64,000 nucleotides of DNA from Abditibacterium sp. (GCA_965199495.1 CBDASK010000003.1:2848001-2912000), one strand, 5' to 3'. Counted from the stretch's first letter, positions 7,801-18,039 are shown. Numbers and translations: made by a program. Notes: generated by a model not told the origin, from the letters alone.

Positions 7801-9195
7801 ATGCCTACTCCGCTTCACATTGTCTGGCACCGCGCCGATTTGCGCACGCACGATCATCCAGCGCTCGTCGCCGCGCTCGAAATGGCCAAGTCCGGCGGCG
7901 CTGTTGTGCCCATCGTCATTATTGACGACGCGATTTTCGAGCGGCCCGATTTGACCCCGCGCCGCCAAGCGCACTTTCTGGAAAACGTGCGGGCTTTGCG
8001 CGCAAGCTATCACCAATTAGGCGCCAGTCTGGTCGTGCGACGCGGCAAACCCGAAGTCGAATTGAGCAAACTCGCCGACGAATGGGGCGATGTTTTCTCC
8101 ATTCATTTCATCAAAACTTATACATCTTACGCCAAGGCGCGCGATGCAGCCACGGCGGCGGCCTTGGCCAATCGGGGCATCGAAATTCACGCGCATGGCG
8201 GCCAATATACGCACGAACCGGGCGAAGTCTTGACCAACGATGGCGGGCGTTACGGCGTGTTCGGGCCGTATCGCAAGAAATGGCAGACATTGGATAAACC
8301 CGACGTTTTAGCCAAACCCGATAGATTGCCGCCGTTACCATCAAACATCCTTGTCGGCGAGATTCCGCGCGTCGAAAGCGATATTGCGCTGCCCGACGCG
8401 GGCGAAGACGCGGCTTTGGGCCGCTTGGAATGGTTCTTGAAAAATGGCGAAGCGACTTACGAAAAGACGCGCAACGAACCAGCGCGCGAAGATTCGACAT
8501 CGAAGTTAAGTTACTATTTCAACATCGGCGTGTTAAGCCCGCGTCTGGCGTTCGAGCGCGCCAATACGGAAAAGTGGCGACAGGAATTGACATGGTGGGA
8601 TTTTTACGCCGACGTTTTGGATAGGGCGCCCGAATCGAACGTCGTCGAATATCGCGCCGAGTGGCGCGCGTTTCCTTGGCGCGAAAACGACGAAATTCAA
8701 GACGATTTAGAACGTTGGAAAAACGGTCAAACCGGTTATCCTCTCGTTGACGCCGGAATGCGCGAACTGCAACAAACCGGTTTCATGCACAACCGCGTGC
8801 GCATGATTTGCGCGTCGTTTTTGACCAAACATTTGCTGATTGACTGGAAAATCGGCGAAGAGAATTTTCGCGGTTTATTGTTGTGCGGCGACCGCGCGCA
8901 AAACGTCGGCAACTGGCAATGGGTCGCCGGTTGCGGCGTTGATCCATCGCCTTACTTTCGCGTGTTCAATCCGACGGGGCAGGGCGAAAAATTCGACAAA
9001 CAGGGCGAATACGTGCGCCGTTGGGTGCCCGAATTAAAAGATGTCGCGGCCAAGAATATTTACGAACCGTGGAAATTGGACGCGGTGCCCAAAGGTTATC
9101 CGGCGCCGATTATCGAATTGAACGAAGGCCGCGATAGGTATTTGGAGAAGGCGAAAGCGTATCTGGCGGAGCAGAAAGCGAAGAAAGCGGATTGA
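7801..9195 (+). CDS. phrB: Deoxyribodipyrimidine photolyase
   Basis: WHRADLRTHDHPAL, TGYPLVDAGMREL, MHNRVRM, NWQWVAG, YFRVFNP, YVRRWVPEL. Confidence 0.95.
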   Translation: MPTPLHIVWHRADLRTHDHPALVAALEMAKSGGAVVPIVIIDDAIFERPDLTPRRQAHFLENVRALRASYHQLGASLVVRRGKPEVELSKLADEWGDVFSIHFIKTYTSYAKARDAATAAALANRGIEIHAHGGQYTHEPGEVLTNDGGRYGVFGPYRKKWQTLDKPDVLAKPDRLPPLPSNILVGEIPRVESDIALPDAGEDAALGRLEWFLKNGEATYEKTRNEPAREDSTSKLSYYFNIGVLSPRLAFERANTEKWRQELTWWDFYADVLDRAPESNVVEYRAEWRAFPWRENDEIQDDLERWKNGQTGYPLVDAGMRELQQTGFMHNRVRMICASFLTKHLLIDWKIGEENFRGLLLCGDRAQNVGNWQWVAGCGVDPSPYFRVFNPTGQGEKFDKQGEYVRRWVPELKDVAAKNIYEPWKLDAVPKGYPAPIIELNEGRDRYLEKAKAYLAEQKAKKAD

Positions 9196-9221
9196 TGTCA
9201 AATCGGCCAAACTGTGCAGCC

Positions 9222-10196
9222 ATGCAAACTCCACTGGGAACGTTGAGCCGTGTTGACGTGCGCGACGCGTGGCAAAACGAAGCAACCGATTTTACGCCGT
9301 GGCTGGCGCTCGCGCCCAACCTGCAACTGTTGGGCGAAACCATCGGTTTGCAACTCGAACTCGAAGCCGTCGAGCGCAACGTTGGACCGTTTCGCGCCGA
9401 TATTTTGTGCAAAGAGGTCGGTTCGGATCGCTGGATTTTGATCGAGAATCAACTGGAGCAAACCGATCACACGCACATGGGCCAACTCATCACCTACGCG
9501 GCGGGTTTGGACGCAGTGACGATTGTGTGGATTGCGCGTGAATTTCGCGAAGAACATCGCGCCGCGCTCGATTGGTTGAATTCGGTGACTGGCACTGACA
9601 TTCATTTTTTTGGTTTGGAAGTCGAACTGTGGCAAATCGGTGACTCGGCTCTGGCACCGAAATTCAATTTAATATCGCAACCAAATGATTGGAGCAAAAC
9701 TGTTCGCCCCGATCCGTCGCCCAAACTGGGCATCAGTGGAACGCAAAATTTGCAACTACGTTTTTGGACGGCATTTCGAGAGTATCTCAACGAGCATTCT
9801 TCAATATTGCGACCGCCCAAGCCTTACCCATGCAACTGGATGTCTTTTGCGGTAGGACGCAGTGGATTTACTCTTGCTGCCGTTACCTCTTTTTGGAACA
9901 ACGAAGCTGGCGAGTGGAATAAAGGCGAACTGCGCGCGGAGTTTGATTTAGCGGGCGACAAAGCCAAAAGCTGTTACCCGCAACTCGAAGCCGACAAAAG
10001 CACAATCGAAGCCGAATTAGGGCAACCACTGATTTGGAACAAGTCGGGAGCCATTATTCGCATTCAATTTCGCCGCGATGCCGACCTTGAAGACGAGAGC
10101 CAGTGGCCGCAATACTTCGCGTGGCTGCAAGAGCATCTCGAACAATTAAATCGCACATTTCGCCCGCGCATCGGACAATTGACGGCGCCGCAATAA
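9222..10196 (+). CDS. PD-(D/E)XK nuclease-like domain + DUF4268 protein
   Basis: WQNEATDFTPWL, ADILC, LIENQL, DHTHMGQLITYAAG; C-terminal QLRFWTAF...W-rich domain. Confidence 0.8.
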   Translation: MQTPLGTLSRVDVRDAWQNEATDFTPWLALAPNLQLLGETIGLQLELEAVERNVGPFRADILCKEVGSDRWILIENQLEQTDHTHMGQLITYAAGLDAVTIVWIAREFREEHRAALDWLNSVTGTDIHFFGLEVELWQIGDSALAPKFNLISQPNDWSKTVRPDPSPKLGISGTQNLQLRFWTAFREYLNEHSSILRPPKPYPCNWMSFAVGRSGFTLAAVTSFWNNEAGEWNKGELRAEFDLAGDKAKSCYPQLEADKSTIEAELGQPLIWNKSGAIIRIQFRRDADLEDESQWPQYFAWLQEHLEQLNRTFRPRIGQLTAPQ

Positions 10197-10198
10197 AC

Positions 10199-10242
10199 CG
10201 AAACCCCCCGTTCTTTTGAAATCAAAAGAGCGGGGGGTTTCG
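10199..10242. terminator. Bidirectional hairpin between convergent genes
   Basis: cgaaaccccccgttcttttga...tcaaaagagcggggggtttcg. Confidence 0.8.
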
Positions 10243-10262
10243 CGCGATTATCTCCCTAATTT

Positions 10263-13088
10263 TCACTCACCAACGATTTCATACCACGCGGTTTTATCGG
10301 CGTCCGACGTGCGAAATTTGAGCGCGCCACCGTTCAAAGTCGAAGGCACGAGCGCGCGCCGTTGACCGCTTTCATCCAAAGCGTAAACTTGCAACTTCGT
10401 CACATCAGTCAATAGTTTCCAGTGGGCTTCGGGCACGCTGATATAAGTCGGGCCATTGCCCCAACCTTGCCCGACGCTGTTATGCGCGGCATTCCACGCC
10501 ATATTGACGTTCTCGGCCTTGCCCACCGCCACCAACAACATACGCTTCGAGTTGGAAATCGGCATGCCGTCCATACTCACGAGCGAACCGGTTGACCACG
10601 GCACGTAATAAGTCGGCGCAAAGAACGCGCTCAACTCGCCGATTTTCAGTTGTTGACCACTGCTCGGCCCGGCCCACGATTTGGCGCGCGGCGCGTTCAA
10701 TTTGAACCAACCCGCTTTGCCGTTGCGCGTGATTTGGCCGGTATCGGAAGTCCATCGGCCCGGATTTTCCAGACTGGCGCGCGAAGTCGCCGGAAAAACG
10801 CCGGTATTAAAAACCGTCGCGACGCGGCCATTGAACGCCATCGCGGGCGGCCCGCCCGCCGCGCCCCACGTTTTGAGATATGGCCCCATCGAAGGCCCGG
10901 CGGGCGTGTTGGCGACTTCCGTCCATTCTTGATTTTTCGGCAAATACAAAGTCGTCTGTGTCGTCGCCGTGGCTGCATCGCCGCGCCGGAAAATCAGCGC
11001 CGCCGCCGGAGCCGTCGCCATTTTGAGCGGCTGCGCGTCAATCGAGAAAAAGCCCTCGAAACTGTTGCGATTCCAGTCGCCGGTGCTATGATAATCGAAG
11101 ACCCACACGCCCGCCCAATCCTGATGCGCCGCCGTTGTCGCCGCCATCAACAGCGATTCGGCGCCGTAATCGTTGGGTTGGCCCGAATTGAATTCCGAAA
11201 CCACAAACGGTTTGCCCGGCACGCGCAGCATCGCGTAATTGGAAAGCGGATCGCCCAAGGGATTGGCCGCCAACGATTGCTGCTCGATTGTCCAGTTGCC
11301 GCCGTTCCAACCGGTCGTGCCAAAGTTGGGATGCTTCCAATAAATATGCACGTCAATCGCATCGGACGAGCTTTCGCGCGCGACGCCCGCCCAGCCGCCG
11401 AACTGCGCCTGTGTGTGCCAAATCGGCACGCGGATGCCCAAATCTTTCTTCAAAAAGTCGCGCATTTCGTTCAGATACGCCAATTCCAATCCACCCAAAT
11501 ACTGCGCGAAATCGCGGCGTGCCGCGAAAATCGGTTCGGTGTTGGCGTCAATGATGGGCAAACCCGCGCGCAGCGTCCAATCGGTCGGCGCCGCGATGCG
11601 GCCACCGGCGCGCAGACTCATCTCGCCGAACTGCACGGCGCCCGGCGAATTGCCCAGATTAATCGCCAACCGAACCGAACCCGGCGTCGCGCCTTGGGGC
11701 TTAAATCCGACGACGAATTGTTGCCAATCGCTCGTCACTTTGATGCTTTGCGACAACCCCAAAAAGCGATAGGGCGCTTTGTCTTCCCACAGGTTGACCG
11801 AAATCGAACGCGGCGAATTGGCGCGCGCCCAAAACGCGAAAGTGTAGACCTTGCCGCTTTCGAGTTGCAGCCCGTCGCGCACCATCTGAAACGCCCAAGT
11901 CACGTTGCCCGCCGCGTTGAGTTGGGCGTTCAAGCCGGGCTGCACCACGCCGCTAATCGCCGGGCCGCCCATGTTATCGCGGCCCAGTTGGCCCGTCGCG
12001 CCGCCCGCCAAGTTAAGTTTCCATACATTTAAAGTCGGCGCGGGCGGCGTGGCTGCCATCGAGGTGCCGTCGGGTAATATCGGCAAAACCGTGCCATCCG
12101 GCCCGATAAATTGATCCACCGAATTGGGCGCGGGCGTCGTATCCAAGGGCGGCGTTGGCGCCACGTAATTGGCGGGCAGCAGCAGTTCGGGGCCGGACGG
12201 ATCGGTATCGTTTTCGGTGTAGGCGCGCGTTAAAGCCGACTGCGACGGATATTTGGCGCGCAACCAATCGTTCCAGCCGTCGCGCAGTTTGCTCGCGGTG
12301 ATCGGCGGCAAATTGGCCAACTTATTTTCCAGCCACAGCGAGAGCAGCGAGTTTTCGTTGTCCACTTCGAGGGCGCAAATGCCCGGCTCATCTTTGTAGG
12401 CGCGGCCCAGATACGGATTGACGTGCGTCAATAAATCGGTCGCGAACTGTTTGTTGAGTTCGGCCAATTTCGGCTCGAAATAGGCGATGCCCTTGTCTTT
12501 TTCGGGGAAACGCGCGGCGCCGGGAAAGCCGTCGGCATCGGTAATTTTGCGCGCGACGTGCAGATTAAAATCAATGTAAATGCCGCGTTTAATCAGCTCG
12601 GCGACGAAAAAATCGAGTTTCTCGACTTGGTCGGGATCGAACTCGTTGGGCCGCGCGACGTTGTAGGCTTTGCCCTTCCAAATGCCAATCGGATTGGCTT
12701 GGCCCTCAAAATGGTGAATGCGCACCGCGTTAAACCCAAATTTGGCTAAACGCCCGGCGATGCGCGGCGCGTCTTCTTTGGACGGAAACACGCCATTGAA
12801 ATTGAGGTTGACGCCCCAAAAGCGCAACTTGCGCCCGCGCCCGTCCACGAAATTTTCGCCCTGCACGCGCACAAATCCGTCTTTGCCCGCCGCGCCATCG
12901 TTGAGAAACGAAACGTCGGTCGGGCCGGTGGCTGCATCGAAGGGTGGCAAGGCAAAAGGAAACATACCGCGCGCAGCCAACGTTTGGGCGCTGGCGCCAT
13001 TGCCGACTTGGGCGCGCGCGGGCGCACTCACAAACGCACTCGCGAATAAACAGGCCGACACAGCGGCGCACACAGAAAGCCAACGCAT
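10263..13088 (-). CDS. Secreted clan GH-A (GH5/GH42-like) glycoside hydrolase with inserted CBM4/9-like module
   Basis: Signal peptide (ARA-Q), RFWGVN, GFNAVRIHH, RGIYIDFNLH, EVDNEN (acid/base), VSEFN (nucleophile), LESGKVYTFAFWARA (CBM). Confidence 0.8.
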   Translation of the reverse strand: MRWLSVCAAVSACLFASAFVSAPARAQVGNGASAQTLAARGMFPFALPPFDAATGPTDVSFLNDGAAGKDGFVRVQGENFVDGRGRKLRFWGVNLNFNGVFPSKEDAPRIAGRLAKFGFNAVRIHHFEGQANPIGIWKGKAYNVARPNEFDPDQVEKLDFFVAELIKRGIYIDFNLHVARKITDADGFPGAARFPEKDKGIAYFEPKLAELNKQFATDLLTHVNPYLGRAYKDEPGICALEVDNENSLLSLWLENKLANLPPITASKLRDGWNDWLRAKYPSQSALTRAYTENDTDPSGPELLLPANYVAPTPPLDTTPAPNSVDQFIGPDGTVLPILPDGTSMAATPPAPTLNVWKLNLAGGATGQLGRDNMGGPAISGVVQPGLNAQLNAAGNVTWAFQMVRDGLQLESGKVYTFAFWARANSPRSISVNLWEDKAPYRFLGLSQSIKVTSDWQQFVVGFKPQGATPGSVRLAINLGNSPGAVQFGEMSLRAGGRIAAPTDWTLRAGLPIIDANTEPIFAARRDFAQYLGGLELAYLNEMRDFLKKDLGIRVPIWHTQAQFGGWAGVARESSSDAIDVHIYWKHPNFGTTGWNGGNWTIEQQSLAANPLGDPLSNYAMLRVPGKPFVVSEFNSGQPNDYGAESLLMAATTAAHQDWAGVWVFDYHSTGDWNRNSFEGFFSIDAQPLKMATAPAAALIFRRGDAATATTQTTLYLPKNQEWTEVANTPAGPSMGPYLKTWGAAGGPPAMAFNGRVATVFNTGVFPATSRASLENPGRWTSDTGQITRNGKAGWFKLNAPRAKSWAGPSSGQQLKIGELSAFFAPTYYVPWSTGSLVSMDGMPISNSKRMLLVAVGKAENVNMAWNAAHNSVGQGWGNGPTYISVPEAHWKLLTDVTKLQVYALDESGQRRALVPSTLNGGALKFRTSDADKTAWYEIVGE

Positions 13089-13225
13089 AAGAAAAAGGGA
13101 AGTGCGCACCGCAGTTTCAGCGCGCGCGTAATTTACGCTAAAGGCGCGCCTTTGTTCCGTTGCAAGTCGCAAAGAAGTTTTGTTTTTACGGAGTTGCGCC
13201 CGCAGTTAAGAACGAATGCGCAACT

Positions 13226-14158
13226 CTATTTCAATATCAAATCGCCGTCAATTTGCAGTTTGCCCGCGCGCGATTCGACTTTAGAGAGTTTTACCGCGAA
13301 CGGCAAACCTTCCAAATCATCGAACGAATAAAGCGGATTGACACTTTTGAGCAACGGTGTCGCGACGAGCGACGGAACCGCGACGCCCGAAACCAACAAT
13401 TTCGGTTGCGTCAAAACGATTTGCGAACCGCTCCATCCGGGCTGGCCTTTTAGCTCGAAGGACGCCGACAATCCGTAGAAATTGCGCGCGCCAGTAACAA
13501 TGATTTGTCCATCGCCCAACGTCAGATTGGAGTGCGTCACGTTTTCGGCGCGCTTGGCGACAAGCGGCGCGAGGGCTTCGGGCGCGAGTTCGAGGTGCAT
13601 CGAAGATTGGCCGACGCGCACGATTTTGATTTGTGAATGATTTTTGAGCGCGCCGAAATCGTATTCGACATCGCTAAAATGAAAGTCGGCGCGGTCAACC
13701 GGCAAATTTTGCCACTTGAGTTGGCGCACCGCGATATTCAATTGCGCGGCGCGGCCCACTTTTATTTTTTCGGCTTTGACTGGTTTCGTTTTGCCGATTT
13801 GAACTGGCTTCAATGCGGGCGCGGTTTGCGCGCGCGGCTTGCCGACTTGAATGGCGCCATTCGGCTCGCGCACGACGACCGGCGACGTAGCCACCGGCGC
13901 GATGGATTTAATCGGCGCGGACAGATTTGTTTCAATCGGCAGTTCGTTGAGCGTCAAATTCGACAACTCGATGTCCACTTTGCGAAAGCGACCGTTTAAA
14001 ACGTCTTTGCCGCGTTTGCCCTCAATGGCGACTTTGACATCGGCGCCGGGGAACTTTTGTTGAAGTGCTTTTGTCGCTTCGTCCGCCGCTTTTTCGGGCG
14101 TGACGACGGCGTTAAAAGTCAAAAGACCGCCCGCTAAAATTGCGATTAACCAACCCAT
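13226..14158 (-). CDS. DUF2993/LmeA-like lipid-binding protein
   Basis: N-terminal hydrophobic anchor, DVLNGRFRKVDI, C-terminal LPFAVKLSKVESRAGKLQIDG. Confidence 0.65.
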   Translation of the reverse strand: MGWLIAILAGGLLTFNAVVTPEKAADEATKALQQKFPGADVKVAIEGKRGKDVLNGRFRKVDIELSNLTLNELPIETNLSAPIKSIAPVATSPVVVREPNGAIQVGKPRAQTAPALKPVQIGKTKPVKAEKIKVGRAAQLNIAVRQLKWQNLPVDRADFHFSDVEYDFGALKNHSQIKIVRVGQSSMHLELAPEALAPLVAKRAENVTHSNLTLGDGQIIVTGARNFYGLSASFELKGQPGWSGSQIVLTQPKLLVSGVAVPSLVATPLLKSVNPLYSFDDLEGLPFAVKLSKVESRAGKLQIDGDLILK

Positions 14159-14164
14159 GTTTTA

Positions 14165-14280
14165 AGAATACAGGAGACAGGAGACAGGAGACAGCAGATC
14201 GCAATCGAACTGAAAAGAACGCACGAGATATTGCAAGCCCTGATTCCGCTTCCCTGTCTCCCGTCTCCTGTATTCTGTCC
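14165..14280. repeat. Inverted heptamer-array element (GAGACAG type)
   Basis: aatacag gagacag gagacag gagacag ... ctgtctc ccgtctc ctgtatt ctgtcc. Confidence 0.85.
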
Positions 14281-14282
14281 CC

Positions 14283-15797
14283 TTATAAATGCGGCGTTTC
14301 GTCCTGGCGCCCCAGACGACCTTCGCGCACGCGCACGATGAACGAGATCAAATATTCCAGCGTTTCCGAATCGGGCACTTCTTCGGCGATGCGCTCCAAC
14401 GCTTGCGAAGTATTCAACTCGGAGCGATACAATAATTTGAACGCTTTCGAGATTTGATTGCGCTGTTCTTGGCTGACGCCATTGCGACGCAAACCGCGCA
14501 CGTTCAATCCGTGAATTTTCGACGGGCGCCCATCGGACATACAAAACGGCGGCACGTCTTGCACGACTTTGCTCAAACCACCGACAATCGCCATTTTGCC
14601 GATGTGAACGAACTGATGAATGCCCACGAAACCGCCGATAACGCATTTGTCTTCGATGGTGACGTGCCCCGAAACGCCGGTCGAATTGGAGATCATGTTA
14701 CCGTTTCCAACGACGCAGTTGTGACCGAAATGCACATAGGCCATCAGCAAATTATCGTCGCCAATAACGGTCGCCTGACCTTCGCCCGTCGCGCGATGAA
14801 TCGTCACCATTTCACGCAAGATGTTATTATTGCCGATGCGAACAAACGATTCTTCGCCCTTAAACTTCAAATCTTGCGGCTCGCCGCCCAGAATGACGTG
14901 CGGCATCAAACGGCAATTGGTTCCAATCGAAGTGCCGCGTTTGATAATCACGTTCGATTCGAGCGTCGAACCGGCGCCGATTTGGGTGCCTGCCTCGATA
15001 ATACAAAACGGCCCGATTTCGACGCCTTCGCCGATTTGCGCTTTGGGATCGACAATCGCCGTCGGATGAATTTGGGTCTTGACCGAGGATGCAGCCACGG
15101 CGGCTGGCTCGGTTATCGGCGTGACAACTACGGGCACCATTTTTTCGGCGGGCGCGGCGGTTTGCGGCGTTTCTGCTGGCGCGCTGCCGTTGGTTTTCAG
15201 GTTTTCGGCGCCTTTAATCGCATTGGCGCCCGCCGAACGAATAATGCTCTGCGCGACGCTACCGGTCGAGCCGGGCGACGTAAAAAAGGTATAATCGGCG
15301 TCAACGACGATTTCGCCTTCGACGCGCCCGACGACGGTGACTTTGGCGATGGGGCCGCGCAAAACTTCCAAAATCGCTTCGGTCACGACGGTATCGCCGG
15401 GGCGCACCGGATGGTGAAAACGCGCCTTTTCGATTTTGGCGAAATACGATAAGGCGCCCGGCGTATTGCGCGTGACCAAAATCAAAACGCCCGCGATTTG
15501 CGCCATGCTTTCGAGCAGCAAAACGCCCGGCATCACGGGATGGCCGGGGAAATGGCCCTGAAAAAACTCTTCGGTCGAAGTCACATTTTTCAGGCCAACG
15601 ATACGATGTCCGGCTTCGAGCTCGGTGATTTTATCCACTAACAACATCGGATAGCGATGCGGCAAAATCTGGGTGATCTCGTCCCAGCCGAGCGGCAAAG
15701 GCGGCAAAGGCAACGGCGTGACGGCCATCTGCACGCGCGGATTGTGCGGCGAACGCATTTGCGGGCCGAGGGGAGCGGGTTCGGGAGTTTCGGTCAT
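14283..15797 (-). CDS. fabZ-lpxA: FabZ-LpxA fusion (3-hydroxyacyl-ACP dehydratase + UDP-GlcNAc O-acyltransferase)
   Basis: N: LPHRYPMLLVD, FFQGHFPGHPVMPGVLLLESMAQ; C: IHPTAIVDP, hexapeptide repeats, PQDLKFKGE, MAYVHFGHNC, HQF, GLNVRGLRR; one continuous frame. Confidence 0.93.
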   Translation of the reverse strand: MTETPEPAPLGPQMRSPHNPRVQMAVTPLPLPPLPLGWDEITQILPHRYPMLLVDKITELEAGHRIVGLKNVTSTEEFFQGHFPGHPVMPGVLLLESMAQIAGVLILVTRNTPGALSYFAKIEKARFHHPVRPGDTVVTEAILEVLRGPIAKVTVVGRVEGEIVVDADYTFFTSPGSTGSVAQSIIRSAGANAIKGAENLKTNGSAPAETPQTAAPAEKMVPVVVTPITEPAAVAASSVKTQIHPTAIVDPKAQIGEGVEIGPFCIIEAGTQIGAGSTLESNVIIKRGTSIGTNCRLMPHVILGGEPQDLKFKGEESFVRIGNNNILREMVTIHRATGEGQATVIGDDNLLMAYVHFGHNCVVGNGNMISNSTGVSGHVTIEDKCVIGGFVGIHQFVHIGKMAIVGGLSKVVQDVPPFCMSDGRPSKIHGLNVRGLRRNGVSQEQRNQISKAFKLLYRSELNTSQALERIAEEVPDSETLEYLISFIVRVREGRLGRQDETPHL

Positions 15798-15858
15798 GAA
15801 TTAAAGGCTCAGGGGAAAATCTGGTAAATAGCTTAGCAAAGCGGGCCAAAGCGAACGC

Positions 15859-15978
15859 TTTCGTTGCGCCCGTAGAGACACCGACTTGTCGTGTCTAAAA
15901 CGTCGGAGTCGCTATTTCGCAAAAGAGAATTTAACGTTTTAGACGCGACAAGTCGGTGTCTCTACGGGCGCAACGAAA
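15859..15978. repeat. GTAG-type REP doublet, family B, with 13-bp locus-specific outer arms
   Basis: tttcgttgcgccc-GTAGAGAC...GTCTCTAC-gggcgcaacgaaa. Confidence 0.9.
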
Positions 15979-15980
15979 AC

Positions 15981-16931
15981 TTAAACAATGCCAAAGCGAT
16001 TTTTTGCCCACGCCACGCGCGCAATCGCATCTTCAACGCGCGCTTTATCCAACGTTCCGTCGTCCAAAGCGCGCTCGATGGCGCCCAAGGCTTGACGCGC
16101 TTTTTCGCTGTTGTGGCACCACAGCAACATATCGCAACCCGCACTTAACGCCTTAACCGCGATGGCTCCGGCGTCTTCGTTTAATGCTTTCATTTCCAAA
16201 TCGTCGGTGACGACCAAGCCGCGATAATTCATTTCGTCGCGCAAAAGTCCGGTAATTATCGGCGCGCTCAAACTGGCGGGCGTTCCGGTTTCGTCGAGAC
16301 AGGGCACGGAAATATGCCCGACCATAACCGAAGCCACGCCCGCTGCCATCGCGGCGCGAAACGGCATCAGATGCGGTTCGAGTTCCTCGCGCGTGCCCTC
16401 AAATGTCGGCAACGCGTGATGCGAATCCACGCCGACGCCGCCGTGACCGGGGAAATGTTTGGCGCATGCCAAAATGTTGGGTTGCGCGCCGCGCACGTAT
16501 TCGGCGGCCAAAACTCCGACGCGAATCGGATTGTCCGCATAGGCGCGCGCACCGATAACGGTGTCATCGGCGTGCGTGGGCACATCGCAAACCGGCGCGA
16601 AATTCCAGTTGATGCCCGCGCCGCGCAGTTCGGCGGCGGCGTTCATACCCGCCAGATTAACGGCGCGCGCGCCCTGTTGCCCGACTTCGCGCGCCGGAGG
16701 AATTTCGGCGAATCCATCTTTAAAACGTTGCACGCGCCCGCCTTCCTGATCGGTGCAAATCAGCGCCGAAATTTCTAATTGTTCATTGATTTGGCGCACT
16801 AAACGCCGCGTCTCGCCCGGCGTGGCTGCATTGCGGCCCATGAAAACTATGCCTCCGGGTTGCAATTCGCGCACGGCTTGGAGATCGTTATCGGCGGGCA
16901 AGCCGATAATGAGAAGTTGAGATAAATTCAT
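15981..16931 (-). CDS. nagZ: GH3 beta-N-acetylhexosaminidase
   Basis: DQEGGRVQR, KHFPGHG..VDSH, VMVGH, VTDDLEM. Confidence 0.93.
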   Translation of the reverse strand: MNLSQLLIIGLPADNDLQAVRELQPGGIVFMGRNAATPGETRRLVRQINEQLEISALICTDQEGGRVQRFKDGFAEIPPAREVGQQGARAVNLAGMNAAAELRGAGINWNFAPVCDVPTHADDTVIGARAYADNPIRVGVLAAEYVRGAQPNILACAKHFPGHGGVGVDSHHALPTFEGTREELEPHLMPFRAAMAAGVASVMVGHISVPCLDETGTPASLSAPIITGLLRDEMNYRGLVVTDDLEMKALNEDAGAIAVKALSAGCDMLLWCHNSEKARQALGAIERALDDGTLDKARVEDAIARVAWAKNRFGIV

Positions 16932-17491
16932 AATTTTTTAATCGCGGTTTCAAAGGCCAACGTTTGATAATCGTTGCCGTTTGCCCGCCATTCGTCCACG
17001 GTTTGCAAACCGATTTTGCGATGCGCGCTCATCGAAGCGACGTTTGCGACGTTGATGAAAGTCGCACCAAAATCGTAATCTTCGCCATAACGAGTTTTGA
17101 CGGCGCCCAACAACTGCGCCAAAAGTCCGCGCCCGCGAAACTCGCGCGCGACGCAAACCGGGCCATATTGAAACGAGTTTTCGACCGTCAGTTGCGCGTC
17201 GCCAAACGCGAGCGGAAAGCGGTCGGTTTGCGTGTGAAACAGCAGCCAGCGCGCGTAAAAATCCCAAGGCGCGGCCAAAACGTATCCGGCCAAGTCGTCG
17301 TTTTCTGCATCGCGCGCCGCCCAAACAGAACGCATTTCATAGAGATTTTCGAGATCAGCGCGCGTGATGTCAAGCGTCAGAAATCCGTCCGCCCGCGCGT
17401 CGGGCGCGATGCGCGTCGCGTGATTGAGCGCGTGCAATGCCAGCAGCGCATCGAAATCGGCGGGAGTCGCGAGTTCAATCGAGAAATTCAT
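16928..17491 (-). CDS. GNAT acetyltransferase
   Basis: YGPVCVAREFRGRGL, NVASMSAH; ATGA-coupled to neighbours. Confidence 0.85.
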   Translation of the reverse strand: MNFSIELATPADFDALLALHALNHATRIAPDARADGFLTLDITRADLENLYEMRSVWAARDAENDDLAGYVLAAPWDFYARWLLFHTQTDRFPLAFGDAQLTVENSFQYGPVCVAREFRGRGLLAQLLGAVKTRYGEDYDFGATFINVANVASMSAHRKIGLQTVDEWRANGNDYQTLAFETAIKKL

Positions 17492-18030
17492 CGGATGGGA
17501 AAAGCTAACATCGTATAAATCACATCCGCGAAAGGCAACGACGCGACGCGCGTGAAACCCAATTTGCGCTCGTGCGCCGCCAACGAGCGGGCGTTGCGAA
17601 CATCAACGAAACAGACGCCGAACTCACGCGTCGCGGCGTAACGCGCTTTGATGGCGCCGACGAGTTGAGGCAGAATGCCGCGCCCGCGCGCCGTGGTTGC
17701 GATGCACGCCGGGCCGTAAATAAACGAATTATCGGAAGTTATGGTTTGTTCACCGAACATTAATGGGAATTGTTCAAAAACCGCTTCGACGAAACGGCTG
17801 TTGGCGTAGAAATCCCATTCAATCGCGCAGGCATAAGCGACGACATCTTCGTCAATTTTGGCGACCCAAATCGCCCGTTGTGCGCACATTCGTTCCAGAG
17901 TTTCGCGGTCGAGTTGCGTGGTAACGAAACCATCGGCGAGTTGGTTTTCGGGCAAATTCGACAGATGAAACTGCGTTTGCAACGCGAGAATCGCGGCGAA
18001 ATCGTCGGGCTGGGCGAGTTGGATTTGCAT
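17488..18030 (-). CDS. GNAT acetyltransferase (paralogue of the adjacent gene)
   Basis: Start MQIQLAQPDDF at 18030; YGPACIATTARGRGI, NARSLAAH. Confidence 0.85.
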   Translation of the reverse strand: MQIQLAQPDDFAAILALQTQFHLSNLPENQLADGFVTTQLDRETLERMCAQRAIWVAKIDEDVVAYACAIEWDFYANSRFVEAVFEQFPLMFGEQTITSDNSFIYGPACIATTARGRGILPQLVGAIKARYAATREFGVCFVDVRNARSLAAHERKLGFTRVASLPFADVIYTMLAFPIR

Positions 18031-18039
18031 AGAACATTC

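Noticed and set aside
10650..12032. Long antisense ORFs (also 14454-15452, 26062-27030, 30832-32205, 32570-34729, 34838-36439)
   Set aside because: All lie opposite well-supported genes in GC-rich sequence and are Arg/Ala-rich without family signatures.
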